Assembly (NCBI GenBank): GCA_965223295.1
Contig: CBDCWC010000002.1
Span: 640,001-704,000 of the forward strand
Direction: 5' to 3'
DNA: 64,000 nt
Origin: Nitrospirales bacterium
GTDB taxonomy: Bacteria > Nitrospirota > Nitrospiria > Nitrospirales > UBA8639
The position numbers and the translations under genes were made by a program. This document shows, piece by piece, positions 51,453-61,535 of this stretch (the stretch's first letter is position 1; the number at the start of each line of letters is the position of its first letter). A model generated the notes under the pieces. That model was not told the origin of the DNA, did not search any database, and was given only the letters and a program-made list of their open reading frames with translations.

Positions 51453-52470
51453 GTGCCAGGCTTAACTCTTCGCGTTCAGTTTCTTCTTTGAGGCGTGTAA
51501 AGATCATCCGGCCTGCGCTGGTTTGCAAGACGCTGGTCACCACGACATCCACATTTTTCCCAATAGAGGCCCGGGCATGATCGACAACAACCATCGTACC
51601 ATCGTCTAAATATGCCACACCTTGGCCCGACTCTTTGCCCTCTTTCAAGACGAAGACGCGAATAGTTTCACCGGGCAAGACGACCGGCTTCAGTGCATTA
51701 CACAAGTCATTAATGTTTAACACTTCCACACCTTGAATCCCAGCAACTTTATTCAAATTAAAATCATTGGTCAGGACCTTGCCATTCATTTGCTTCCCTA
51801 ATTCAATTAATTTTGTATCGACTTCTTTGACATGAGGAAAGTCATCTTCAACTAATTTGACTTGGATGTTCGTCATTTTTTGGAGCACGTTCAGAATATC
51901 CAATCCTCGTCTTCCGCGAGCTCGCTTTAAGCCATCCGAAGAATCCGAAATATGTTGCAGTTCCTGGAGAATAAAATGCGGAACAACTAAGGTCCCTTCG
52001 ATAAAACCAGTTTCACATAAATCAGCAATTCGTCCATCGATAATGACACTGGTATCCAGCAATTTCATCGTCAACGCTTGGTCCGCACTACCCGAGTCCT
52101 GGTCTAGTTCGGTCAGCCCATCTTTGCCAAATCTTGTCCCCATGCTCAACCCCCAATAGGGTATGCCAAGAAATATGAGCAAGGTCGCAATGAGAGAAAA
52201 GGCCGACTGCTGCGAATTTCCAACGAGACCAGTGGAAAAGGCAATCAGTCCCGCAACCAAAAGACTGATAACGAGACCCAACCCTCCCCACAATGCGACA
52301 GGAAAGGGTATCGACTGCAATCGTTGCTCAGCAGCAAGTATGCCAATTGCCACAGCCACTCCGATAGCCGCACCGACACCAAGAATTTCAGTTTGGCCAT
52401 CCGAAAAACTCCACCCCAGGGACATGCCCAGCACCATCCCAACGACAAGGAACATAGCTCGTAATACCAT
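51445..52470 (-). CDS. Membrane PIN/TRAM domain protein (YacL-like)
   Basis: N-terminal TM helices; LLDTSVIIDGRI, RGRRGLDIL, TNDFNLNKVA, QGVAYLDDGTMVVV, SVLQTSAGRMIF. Confidence 0.9.
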   Translation of the reverse strand: MVLRAMFLVVGMVLGMSLGWSFSDGQTEILGVGAAIGVAVAIGILAAEQRLQSIPFPVALWGGLGLVISLLVAGLIAFSTGLVGNSQQSAFSLIATLLIFLGIPYWGLSMGTRFGKDGLTELDQDSGSADQALTMKLLDTSVIIDGRIADLCETGFIEGTLVVPHFILQELQHISDSSDGLKRARGRRGLDILNVLQKMTNIQVKLVEDDFPHVKEVDTKLIELGKQMNGKVLTNDFNLNKVAGIQGVEVLNINDLCNALKPVVLPGETIRVFVLKEGKESGQGVAYLDDGTMVVVDHARASIGKNVDVVVTSVLQTSAGRMIFTRLKEETEREELSLARV

Positions 52471-52997
52471 ACGAGATTCTCCTTCCCTTAGGTTTGCAAT
52501 CCAGCCAAGGTTTGTGATCCACACATAAAAAAATCTTCCATGTACTTCCAATTTTCTTCTAAAGCAACAATTCTCGATTCAATTGTTATCATCCTCCCCT
52601 CATAGCCTTTCTTCACAATGTCACAGCCAATACTTTTCGCGACAGAAGAAACCACGTCACATACCAACCCGTTCATTGACTCAAAGGCGAGAAAAAATTT
52701 CGACCGCATATGGGAAAAAAAGGAACGGAAAGACTCATCGGTAGACCTATCTTCCATGATAGGATGCGCTATTATAAGCTTTTTAGTTTTTAGGAGCAAT
52801 CATCGATTCGACAAATTTATAGATACGAATTCAGAATGTCAAAAATGCTCATTCGATCATTGTGGAGGTCATGCCTCATGCTGACATGTAAAAGATGATA
52901 GCACTGACAGGCCTAGAACGTCTTTAGGACAATGCGATCTTATGATCACTTCGAACGTTAAAGAAGAAGGAAACAGTGAGGAACCATTAGAGACTAA

Positions 52998-54392
52998 TTA
53001 TGCGGTGAGAGCCTGACTTACCTCATGCAATTGGGCCTCCAAAAATTCCCGCATCTGAGATAATTGATCCTGAGACACCGCTTCAAACCGTAGGACCAGC
53101 GCAGGTTGAGTATTCGAAGCCCGAATCAACCCCCACCCCTGTTCGAACCTGACCCGCACTCCGTCAATCGTAATCAACTCTTGAATAGGTAGTGCTGTTG
53201 TCACGTCTTGCGAAGTGGCCAGATCTTGAAAATGTTTTGTCAGCGCGACAACAAGCTGAAACTTTTGATCATCCGGACAGTCAACACGAATTTCCGGGGT
53301 GACAACTGTTTGAGGCACACCAGACAAGAGACTCGAAAGCGGTTTCTTTTGCTTGACCAAAATTTCAATCAATCGACATGAAGCATAAATCGCATCATCA
53401 TAGCCATAGTACCGATCAGCAAAGAACACATGCCCCGACATTTCCCCTGCCAAGACAGCTTTTTCTTCTTTCATTTTGGCTTTAATAATAGAATGCCCGG
53501 TTTTCCACATAATCGCACGTCCGCCATGCTTAGGAATATCATCATAAAAAACTTGCGACGCTTTGACTTCAGAGATAAACGTGCTCCCGGGCTGTTCCGC
53601 TAATACATTTCGTGCAAACAACAACAATAAACGATCACCCCACAAGATGCCACCCTGCTCATCAATCACGCCTATTCTATCGGCATCGCCATCATAACCA
53701 ATGCCAACATCTGCCTTGACCTCGTGAACCTTGCCGATCAAATCTTCTAAATTTTCAACAACTGTAGGATCGGGATGATGATTAGGAAAACGTCCATCCA
53801 AATCACAATATAAGCCCGTTACCTGGCACCCCAATTGTTCCAGAGCTTCTTTCGCGACAAGTGAAGCCGCGCCATTCCCACAATCAATAACCACTCGCAA
53901 ACCATTCGCCTTCACGGTGGAAAATTGTTCTTTCAGAAATTCAAGATACTGAGGAATAATTGGCTGTTCAACAATCGTTCCCTGACCAGAATCAAATACT
54001 TCTTTCTCAAAAATTCCTCGCAAACGCTGAATGTCCTCGCCATATAAGGCTTCTTTTCCCACACACATTTTAAAGCCATTATATTCTGCAGCATTATGAC
54101 TTCCGGTAATCATAATGCCTCCGTCCACCTCACAATGAAAGAGGGAAAAGTACAACAGCGGAGTAGCACATAGACCTAAATCAATGACATTGACACCAGC
54201 TCCTGTCAATCCGGCAACTAATGAGTCTCGAAGCGAAGGAGAAGTCAAACGACCATCCCGGCCAACTGTGATCGTCTTCACATTTCGTCCGCGGGCCAAC
54301 GTGGCATAAGCACGTCCAATTTTTTCCACAACATCTGGGGTGAGATCATGCTCAACAATCCCTCGAATATCATATTCCCGAAAAATACCCAT
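52998..54392 (-). CDS. Phosphomannomutase/phosphoglucomutase
   Basis: IFREYDIRG, ITGSHN, DGDADR, GEMSGH, RASNTQP. Confidence 0.95.
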   Translation of the reverse strand: MGIFREYDIRGIVEHDLTPDVVEKIGRAYATLARGRNVKTITVGRDGRLTSPSLRDSLVAGLTGAGVNVIDLGLCATPLLYFSLFHCEVDGGIMITGSHNAAEYNGFKMCVGKEALYGEDIQRLRGIFEKEVFDSGQGTIVEQPIIPQYLEFLKEQFSTVKANGLRVVIDCGNGAASLVAKEALEQLGCQVTGLYCDLDGRFPNHHPDPTVVENLEDLIGKVHEVKADVGIGYDGDADRIGVIDEQGGILWGDRLLLLFARNVLAEQPGSTFISEVKASQVFYDDIPKHGGRAIMWKTGHSIIKAKMKEEKAVLAGEMSGHVFFADRYYGYDDAIYASCRLIEILVKQKKPLSSLLSGVPQTVVTPEIRVDCPDDQKFQLVVALTKHFQDLATSQDVTTALPIQELITIDGVRVRFEQGWGLIRASNTQPALVLRFEAVSQDQLSQMREFLEAQLHEVSQALTA

Positions 54393-54431
54393 CACGATTC
54401 CTTTCAGATGTTTTCCTGTCAATACCGTCTA

Positions 54432-55877
54432 TCAAACTGGCCGCAAACGGTCAAAATCATCCTTGAGCCGCACAATATCGTCTTCACCTAAATACGGCCC
54501 ATTTTGAATCTCAATAATTTCTAATAAGCCTTGCCCAGGATTTTCTAATCGATGAGGTGTTTCTTTGGGAATACCTGTACTCATGCCGGCTTGCAGATCA
54601 TACACTTCTTCGCCCCGCGTGACTCGTGCCGTCCCAGTAATTACGACCCAATGTTCACTGCGTTGATGATGCAACTGCAATGAAAGCCGCTTGCCAGGCA
54701 TCACTTCGATCCGCTTCACTTTATACCCTGGTCCTTCCTCCAAAACCGTATAGGCCCCCCAAGGACGTTGAACCGTTCGATGTTCTAGATGTTCAGGAGC
54801 CTGCTGTTTTTTGAGTACGTTGACGACGGCTTTGACATCCTGTGCTCGATCTTTCGGGCAGACAAGCGTCGCGTCAGGGGTATCAACAACCACCATATTG
54901 TCCAGTCCAATCGTGGCTACCATTCGACGATCAGCAAATAGAACGGACTCTCGACTTCCCATATCAACAATATTGCCATTCCGGACGTTTCCAGCTTTAT
55001 CCAATGGAGCCACTTCCTCCAAACTTCCCCAACTTCCTACATCCGACCACCCAAACTCTACCGGGACAACCACACTATGCGCTGAATGTTCCATCACGGC
55101 ATGATCAATAGACAGAGAAGGCAGTTTCGCATAAGCTTTTCGAAGCTGTGCGGGGAATTCTGATGTTCCAATATATCGTTGAAGGCGTTGTAGAATCTTG
55201 GACAATTTGGGTTGATGGAGAGCCATCTCCTCAAGAATCGTCGAAGCTTTCCAAATAAATATTCCGGCGTTCCAGAAGTAGTTTCCTGACCGACAATATC
55301 GCTTAGCCGTGGAATGGTTCGGTTTTTCAACGAATCTGGCGACTCCATACCCCGCCAGCCCTCCTTGTGTTCGCATTCGTTTGCGCTTGTTAGGTTGAAT
55401 GTACCCATAGCCAGTTTCAGGGCGTGAAGGCTGAATGCCAAATGTGACCAAATACCCGTCTCTCGCTAAGGTTGTGGCATAGTTCACAGCTTTGACAAAT
55501 TTTTTCTCTGCTTTGACCACATGATCCGCTGGCACAACAACCATAATCGCCTCAGGGTCTCGAGCTAGAAGTTGCAGCGCCGTCAGTGCAATTGCTGGAG
55601 CCGTATTTCTTCCTTCGGGCTCAAGAATAATGTTATCAACGAGATCATCTTTCCAAGCGCTTAACTGAAGCCTGATAGACTCTGCTTGCACAGCATTAGT
55701 GACGACCGTCATCTGTTTAGGAGAAACATGAGGCAGAAACCGCTCAAACGTTTGTTGCAAGAGCGTTCCTTCGCCAATAATCCGCAACAACTGCTTAGGA
55801 AAGCGCTCCCGACTCAACGGCCAAAATCGGGTCCCACTACCTCCCGCTAAAATGACTCCATACACATGAGCATTCAT
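54432..55877 (-). CDS. manC: Mannose-1-phosphate guanylyltransferase / mannose-6-phosphate isomerase
   Basis: LAGGSGTRFWPLSR, EPEGRNTAPA, FVEKP, WSDVGSW, C-terminal cupin RPWG...HHQRSEHW. Confidence 0.93.
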   Translation of the reverse strand: MNAHVYGVILAGGSGTRFWPLSRERFPKQLLRIIGEGTLLQQTFERFLPHVSPKQMTVVTNAVQAESIRLQLSAWKDDLVDNIILEPEGRNTAPAIALTALQLLARDPEAIMVVVPADHVVKAEKKFVKAVNYATTLARDGYLVTFGIQPSRPETGYGYIQPNKRKRMRTQGGLAGYGVARFVEKPNHSTAKRYCRSGNYFWNAGIFIWKASTILEEMALHQPKLSKILQRLQRYIGTSEFPAQLRKAYAKLPSLSIDHAVMEHSAHSVVVPVEFGWSDVGSWGSLEEVAPLDKAGNVRNGNIVDMGSRESVLFADRRMVATIGLDNMVVVDTPDATLVCPKDRAQDVKAVVNVLKKQQAPEHLEHRTVQRPWGAYTVLEEGPGYKVKRIEVMPGKRLSLQLHHQRSEHWVVITGTARVTRGEEVYDLQAGMSTGIPKETPHRLENPGQGLLEIIEIQNGPYLGEDDIVRLKDDFDRLRPV

Positions 55878-56030
55878 AATGTGTCTTTCTGAGTTCTGTC
55901 ACATCCAATACAATTGCTCCCAAACATGGGATGGCTCGGCGTTAGTGACAGGGTTAGGGTTCTATCGAGTCATTAGTCTTATCGGATTTTCTTCATCAAA
56001 CTAAAAACAGGACCAACAGTCAGACTACTC

Positions 56031-56296
56031 GGGTCTGTTGAAAAAAGCCGCCGCCTACTCCGCCGAAGTAACTCGATGGGCTACGAAGGCCGGGAGCGGC
56101 GTTCTCGCCATTGTTCCGTGCTCACGTAGTGCCAGTATGCTCCGCGCGCCACAATGGCTGCGGCCTTGCTGGACCTGGCTTCGCCGAAGCGGCTTCGCAC
56201 AGGCGAACGAACTTTTTTGAACTGACCCGACGTTGTTGATCGCCAAGGGTTTCATGGCGAAATGTGGCTTTTGATATCTTCATTATTCAACACTCC
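56031..56296 (+). repeat. MITE-like repeat copy F with two internal insertions (56053-56094, 56175-56208)
   Basis: Core 56031-56228 is 198 bp = 122 bp of copy C plus 42 and 34 bp inserts; tail nearly identical to copy C. Confidence 0.9.
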
Positions 56297-56302
56297 ATAC
56301 TC

Positions 56303-56875
56303 TTATCTCGCAGCCAAAATCATATCAATAACTTCCCTGACGGCCCCCTCTCCACCTTTTTTTTGGCAAATGTAATGGACGACTTGGCGAACTTGCTCGA
56401 CACAATCGGCTGGGGCTGCAGCATATCCCACCGTCTGTAAGGCGGCAACATCATTCACGTCATCGCCCATATAGGCCATCTGTTCAAAGGGAATACCAAA
56501 TTTTTCGGAAAGATGCCTGAGCACAGCGACTTTGTCTTTTGCCCCCTGAAATACTTCGGGAATCCCCAATTTTTTCGCACGGCGAGCCACAATCTTGGTC
56601 TGTTCCATTGTAATGATAGCTGTCAGCATGCCCTCCGCTTGCAGCAGCTTGATTCCCATGCCGTCCCGCGTATGAAATTTTTTGAATTCCTCACCGGATT
56701 CACCATAATACATGCCGGCATCTGTCAAAACCCCATCAACATCGGTAGCAAAAAGCTTCAATTCCTTAAAAACTTTTCTTGGACTTTTTACAATCCGCAG
56801 ATGCGCCGGTTTTTTTATGGACTTGAGATTCCGAAGCACTTTCCCAGATGACCGGCTGGTCTTATCATTTTTCAT
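56303..56875 (-). CDS. kdsC: KDO 8-phosphate phosphatase-like HAD hydrolase (YrbI family)
   Basis: DVDGVLTD, RDGMGI, YMGDDVND, GGEGAVRE. Confidence 0.85.
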   Translation of the reverse strand: MKNDKTSRSSGKVLRNLKSIKKPAHLRIVKSPRKVFKELKLFATDVDGVLTDAGMYYGESGEEFKKFHTRDGMGIKLLQAEGMLTAIITMEQTKIVARRAKKLGIPEVFQGAKDKVAVLRHLSEKFGIPFEQMAYMGDDVNDVAALQTVGYAAAPADCVEQVRQVVHYICQKKGGEGAVREVIDMILAAR

Positions 56876-57036
56876 ACGCCCATAGGCCCTTCTTCAGAAT
56901 AAAAAAAGGCAACACTCCCTTGCACCTCACTCATAAGTATTCCCCCACAGCCGACAAGAGAGTATAATATATGACTGCTGACCAGAGACGTTCTTTTAAA
57001 AAACAGCGCATAAAAAGGAACAGCTAATTCCACATA

Positions 57037-57573
57037 ATGTCTTTTCTCAAGATTTCCCTCTTATGCATTCTTACAGTCTTTTTTATTGGATGCTCGACAC
57101 CTGAATCCAAAGGCAACCTGGATGTTGTTTTATGTTGGCTCCGCCCGTCCTGCCAGCCACACCATCCACCAGATCAACCCATCACTCCAAGAAAGACGGC
57201 TTCAAGAAAAAATTTTCCTGCCCCTCCTCCCCCGCAACAGCCTCCTCCTAAAAAAATCATTCCACGATCAGGCTTCTCAACTCCGTGTGTAACGTCAGCC
57301 CAGATCACCGTGCAGAAATCCAAGCCTTACGTGACCGTATCGTATGAAGAACCTACAACCAAAGCTAATGGAACACCGTTAACAAATTTAGCTAAAACGA
57401 CAATTTATCATGATGTGGGAAAGGGAAGAGTGAAATATAAGGATATTCCTGCAACCAGTCCACAGGGAGGGGGGAAAGTTCACGAAAAAATCGTATTTTC
57501 AATGAAACAGCAAACAAGCATTCAGGCAACGATTTGCGTCACGGCTACAGACACAAATGGGTATGAAGGGTAA
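57037..57573 (+). CDS. Lipoprotein with Pro-rich linker and FN3-like C-terminal domain
   Basis: Lipobox FIGC; PAPPPPQQPPP; VSYEEPTTKANGTPLTNLA...VTATDTNGYEG. Confidence 0.65.
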   Translation: MSFLKISLLCILTVFFIGCSTPESKGNLDVVLCWLRPSCQPHHPPDQPITPRKTASRKNFPAPPPPQQPPPKKIIPRSGFSTPCVTSAQITVQKSKPYVTVSYEEPTTKANGTPLTNLAKTTIYHDVGKGRVKYKDIPATSPQGGGKVHEKIVFSMKQQTSIQATICVTATDTNGYEG

Positions 57574-57615
57574 GATATCTAGCTGACTTTGTAAATAGAT
57601 GCCAATGACTCTTTC

Positions 57616-57966
57616 TCATTGTTGCAACACAAACCCTTTTTTTTCCATACAATTTCTCACTTCGAGACCTTTGGATACGGAATCCTGCCACCAGCCATTT
57701 CCGTGAAGCTGATCAACGTATGTATCGCATTGTTCTTTGGCTTCAAAAAAATTCATATTGTTTCCATCGATGGCTATCCATTCTCCCTGTGAACAATCTC
57801 CATAAGGATGGCACAAACGCTCTGCCCTTGTAGATTGGTAGTCAGGGTCAAGATTTGACTCCCAGATACTACATCCGCTTAAACAAGAGAACAGGATCAA
57901 CCAAATAGGCCACCCCCGCATTACCTTCCATTGATCTTGTTTCTCATCCTGATCAAATTGTGTCAT
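57616..57966 (-). CDS. Small Cys-containing hypothetical lipoprotein
   Basis: Lipobox LSGC; four further Cys; C-terminal CMEKKGF. Confidence 0.6.
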   Translation of the reverse strand: MTQFDQDEKQDQWKVMRGWPIWLILFSCLSGCSIWESNLDPDYQSTRAERLCHPYGDCSQGEWIAIDGNNMNFFEAKEQCDTYVDQLHGNGWWQDSVSKGLEVRNCMEKKGFVLQQ

Positions 57967-58073
57967 CGGGCTCTTTCCTCCTCTGTCTTAAAAAACCTCT
58001 GCCCCCCCTATCGGACAGATGAGGCTTGAAAAATAGCCCTACAATTAATGAATATGCCACCTTTTTTCCCCCA

Positions 58074-58865
58074 CTATATTTGACCTCGAACCCATGCCCA
58101 CGTCAGCCCCATATATTCATGAACAGCCAGCTCGGCCAATCGAAGTCCTGAGGCGCTAGGAAAAAGGTTGCTGGGAGACACAAATTCTTGAGAAGGTTTC
58201 CATTGACCAGCAGGAGCAGGGATTGGAGAAAGCCCTTGTTTTATAAACAGTTTCATCGCACGCGGCATATGAAACGCACTGGTCACTAACACAAATGGTT
58301 CATTATGAATAAGATGTCGAAGGTATAAGGGATGATCTTTAGTATCTCGTGACTCAACTTCTAATACCATATTCGATTTCTTAACCCCCAATTCTTCAGC
58401 CACCCGACTCAATGTGGTGGCTTCCGGTGCCCCATCAAACCCAATACCGCCCGTTAAAATAAGCTTACTGCAGGGAATACGATGATGGAGCCGAATCCCC
58501 TCTACAAGGCGAACACGTGAATGATGAGAAATCTGTAGTTGAATAGGTAGTGTCGGGTCCCTCGAAACTCCACCTGCTAACACCACAATCCACTTCACAG
58601 CACACGTCCCCGTTCCTCCATTTTCCGGCGGTGCTAGTTTCGCTAAATTTAATGGAGGATATTGTGATTCGAGCGTCTGCAAAATTCGACCCGAAATACC
58701 TTCGAAACTACAGATCACGAGGACCAGCATGCTCAGAGCAACAAGAAGTTTTCCTGTTTTCTGCTTTCTCGAAAAGAATAACAACGCCACTCCCAGTGCC
58801 ATCAACTCCAAGCAAATTGACACCGGAGAGAAAAGAGGAGCCAGAAATTTTTTTAGAGTAAACAT
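58074..58865 (-). CDS. ElyC/YdcF (DUF218) envelope biogenesis protein
   Basis: IVVLAGG, RLVEGIRL, SRDT, LVTSAFHMPRA, HEYMG. Confidence 0.88.
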   Translation of the reverse strand: MFTLKKFLAPLFSPVSICLELMALGVALLFFSRKQKTGKLLVALSMLVLVICSFEGISGRILQTLESQYPPLNLAKLAPPENGGTGTCAVKWIVVLAGGVSRDPTLPIQLQISHHSRVRLVEGIRLHHRIPCSKLILTGGIGFDGAPEATTLSRVAEELGVKKSNMVLEVESRDTKDHPLYLRHLIHNEPFVLVTSAFHMPRAMKLFIKQGLSPIPAPAGQWKPSQEFVSPSNLFPSASGLRLAELAVHEYMGLTWAWVRGQI

Positions 58866-59146
58866 GAACCTCTTCCGCAAAGGAAATGTTCTGAAAAAAA
58901 ACAGTGAGAACCCGTAGGTAATTTACAGGATCGGTGCCATTTACACAAGAAGTTTCAGGTTTGGTTCAATAAGGATGGCACATTAAGGTTGAGACCAAGC
59001 GGAGATGGAAAAACGCCAAGAAAGAGGACAAGACAAGCGATACATGCCGATACTTCTCGACATCAATTGAGATACAGCAAGCAGGAAGACTTTTGAAGAA
59101 CAAGCTGATGGAGCAAGAACTCCGTAGAGGACAATACGGTCAAAAA

Positions 59147-59518
59147 CTAGTATTGAGAAACAGGGCAGGCTCGAAGCACCTCTTGAATATGCCGATCAAA
59201 ATCTTTCTGTGCCCTTTCAAGGCTTTGTTGAGCCACAAGAATATCTTTGAGCATATTCCCATTTCTGGATTGATGGTTGACACAATAAATTTTTCCGCCA
59301 TCAAATCCCCGACGACTTCGTCGACAACCATCAAATTCTTTCGGAGCATGCCGAAGACTGAATTTTGCCTCTTGGAGTTGATCATGTTTTTTGACAACAC
59401 GATCTTGGGCTGATTTGAGCAAAGAAACCGCTTCGGTGCACGAAAAATTCCAGACCTCGGTTCCTCCCACTTGAGGTAAGACAAGAACGAGTCCTATGAT
59501 GAGAAATCCAATACGCAT
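59147..59518 (-). CDS. Small exported hypothetical protein with four Cys
   Basis: ATG 59518 behind GGAAGGAGGGG; signal peptide MRIGFLIIGLVLVLP. Confidence 0.6.
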   Translation of the reverse strand: MRIGFLIIGLVLVLPQVGGTEVWNFSCTEAVSLLKSAQDRVVKKHDQLQEAKFSLRHAPKEFDGCRRSRRGFDGGKIYCVNHQSRNGNMLKDILVAQQSLERAQKDFDRHIQEVLRACPVSQY

Positions 59519-59714
59519 AATCCCCCTCCTTCCAAAACTACCTGACCCCACCACTGAGAACACATCATCGAAGATGATGTACTGCCTAACCTACTGCTGG
59601 GATCAGCGTGCAACAATAACTCAAATGGGTGGCGAGGAAAGGAAGAAAGCGTGACGGATTAAATTTTGAAAGAACCTTTGCAGAACAAACAAGAACACAT
59701 CGGTAACAGTTTTT

Positions 59715-60335
59715 TTATTTGAGAACAAAGTGGGCACGTCGGTTATGTTGAAAGCAGGTCAATGAACGTTGCGAGCAAAATGGCTGACTCTTTCCCAGAC
59801 TAAGGACCCGCAACTGCGAAGCGCTCACGCCTAAATTAACCAAATAATTCTTTACGGCGAGAGCTCGCCGTTCACCTAAAATGAGGTTGTACTCTTCAGT
59901 TCCGCGTTCATCACAATGCCCTTGGATGAGGACTTGGCGATTCGGGTAACGCTTAAGAAGCACTTTGGCATTTTGTTCAAGGATCAGCATTGAATCTCTC
60001 CGAATCCTGATTTGGTCATAATCAAAAAATACATCTTGTAATGTCCAAGGTAGTATCGTGTCCTCTGCGGATTGCGTGAAAATTTCCTTCGTATCTTGCT
60101 CAGAGATACTGGATTGATCAGCAGGGGAAGATCTTGAGATATCTTCAAGGTTAAGACTTTCAAGAGCTGCCACAGGCTCCACCTCTAATGCTTCTACCGG
60201 AGATACTTCCTCGCTATGACTCACGACAGCGACTTCATGGAAGGAGCCACAACCCACAGGCAACAGCAACACAAGAGGAAGGAACATACCTTTCCAAGAA
60301 CCTCTCTTTTTTTTACGTGATAGTCGGTATTTCAA
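59715..60335 (-). CDS. OmpA-family peptidoglycan-associated lipoprotein (Pal-like)
   Basis: Lipobox PVGC; DVFFDYD, IQGHCDERGTEEYNLILGERRA, NRRAHF. Confidence 0.88.
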   Translation of the reverse strand: MKYRLSRKKKRGSWKGMFLPLVLLLPVGCGSFHEVAVVSHSEEVSPVEALEVEPVAALESLNLEDISRSSPADQSSISEQDTKEIFTQSAEDTILPWTLQDVFFDYDQIRIRRDSMLILEQNAKVLLKRYPNRQVLIQGHCDERGTEEYNLILGERRALAVKNYLVNLGVSASQLRVLSLGKSQPFCSQRSLTCFQHNRRAHFVLK

Positions 60336-60559
60336 AGTAGTTGATAGACAGAATAGTCAAAAATAGGCGTGAACCCATATGGTCTCAGATTTTTTGAATC
60401 ATACAACATTCAAAAACACTGTCAATGTGCAAGCAACGCATTCTTTTACAATACCTTGACGGGTTTTTTTTTACACCTGTATGATTTGGCTCCTATCAAA
60501 ATGACTGTCTCAACGAGTAGAGCCTTCCCTTCTCACGACACAATTTCTGGATATTTGTC

Positions 60560-61498
60560 ATGATTGATGTTCAGCATGTCACCAAACAGTATGGCCAGGT
60601 CACGGCCTTGGATGATGTCTCTTTTTCCATTGCCAAGGGAGAAATTGTTGCATTTTTAGGTCCTAATGGAGCAGGCAAAACCACGACCATGCGCATTTTG
60701 ACCGGATTCATGCCTCCAACATCAGGAACCATCCAAGTCGCAGGCTTTGACTGCCTAGAAGAGCCATGGGAGGTGAAGAAGCATATTGGGTACCTTCCGG
60801 AAGCGCCTCCGCTGTACTTAGAATTAACCGTGACCGAGTATCTGACATTTGTCGGAAGGATTAAACGACTAGAACCAGCGAAACTGCAAGAGCGCATGGC
60901 CCTCATCATCCAGCAAACAGGATTGACGGAAGTGCAGGGACGCGTCATCGGACATTTATCTCGAGGATATCGCCAACGGGTCGGCTTAGCGCAAGCCTTA
61001 CTTCATAATCCTCCTGTGCTCATTTTAGACGAACCAACAACCGGCTTAGACCCCAATCAAATTATTGAAATTCGAGATTTAATCAAAAGCCTGGCGGGCT
61101 CTCATACCATCATTTTGAGTACGCATCTTCTAGCAGAAGCCACTACGATATGCCAAAAGGTTATCATTATCCATCAAGGGCACATTGTCGCCATTGATAC
61201 ACCAGAACAACTCGGAGCCAAGCTCCGGCAATCAGAAATTTTACATCTGACCGTCAAGCAATCTGACCCCGGCCTTTTGGCTGCCCTACAGAAGATTTCC
61301 GGAGTGCTTCAGGTGAGACCGGGTGAAAAGCCTCACACGTATATGCTGGAAACCCAAGCCGGAGAAGACATCCGGGAAAAATTGACCACTCTAATTGTCG
61401 ACAGCGGTGCAGGGCTCTTAGAGTTGACCACACAACCCGTTAGCTTGGAGGATGTCTTTAAGGTTCTAACCACCGAAAATCATTCACAAACCACATGA
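60560..61498 (+). CDS. ABC transporter ATP-binding protein (GldA-like)
   Basis: GPNGAGKTT, LSRGYRQRVGLAQA, ILDEPTTGLDPNQ, STH. Confidence 0.9.
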   Translation: MIDVQHVTKQYGQVTALDDVSFSIAKGEIVAFLGPNGAGKTTTMRILTGFMPPTSGTIQVAGFDCLEEPWEVKKHIGYLPEAPPLYLELTVTEYLTFVGRIKRLEPAKLQERMALIIQQTGLTEVQGRVIGHLSRGYRQRVGLAQALLHNPPVLILDEPTTGLDPNQIIEIRDLIKSLAGSHTIILSTHLLAEATTICQKVIIIHQGHIVAIDTPEQLGAKLRQSEILHLTVKQSDPGLLAALQKISGVLQVRPGEKPHTYMLETQAGEDIREKLTTLIVDSGAGLLELTTQPVSLEDVFKVLTTENHSQTT

Positions 61499-61535
61499 CA
61501 CAATCCTGCACGCATTTCTTCTTTCTAACATTGCC

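Noticed and set aside
52488-52884. ORFs 52488..52799 (-) and 52618..52884 (+)
   Set aside because: Short, mutually overlapping, no motif or clear RBS; treated as intergenic.
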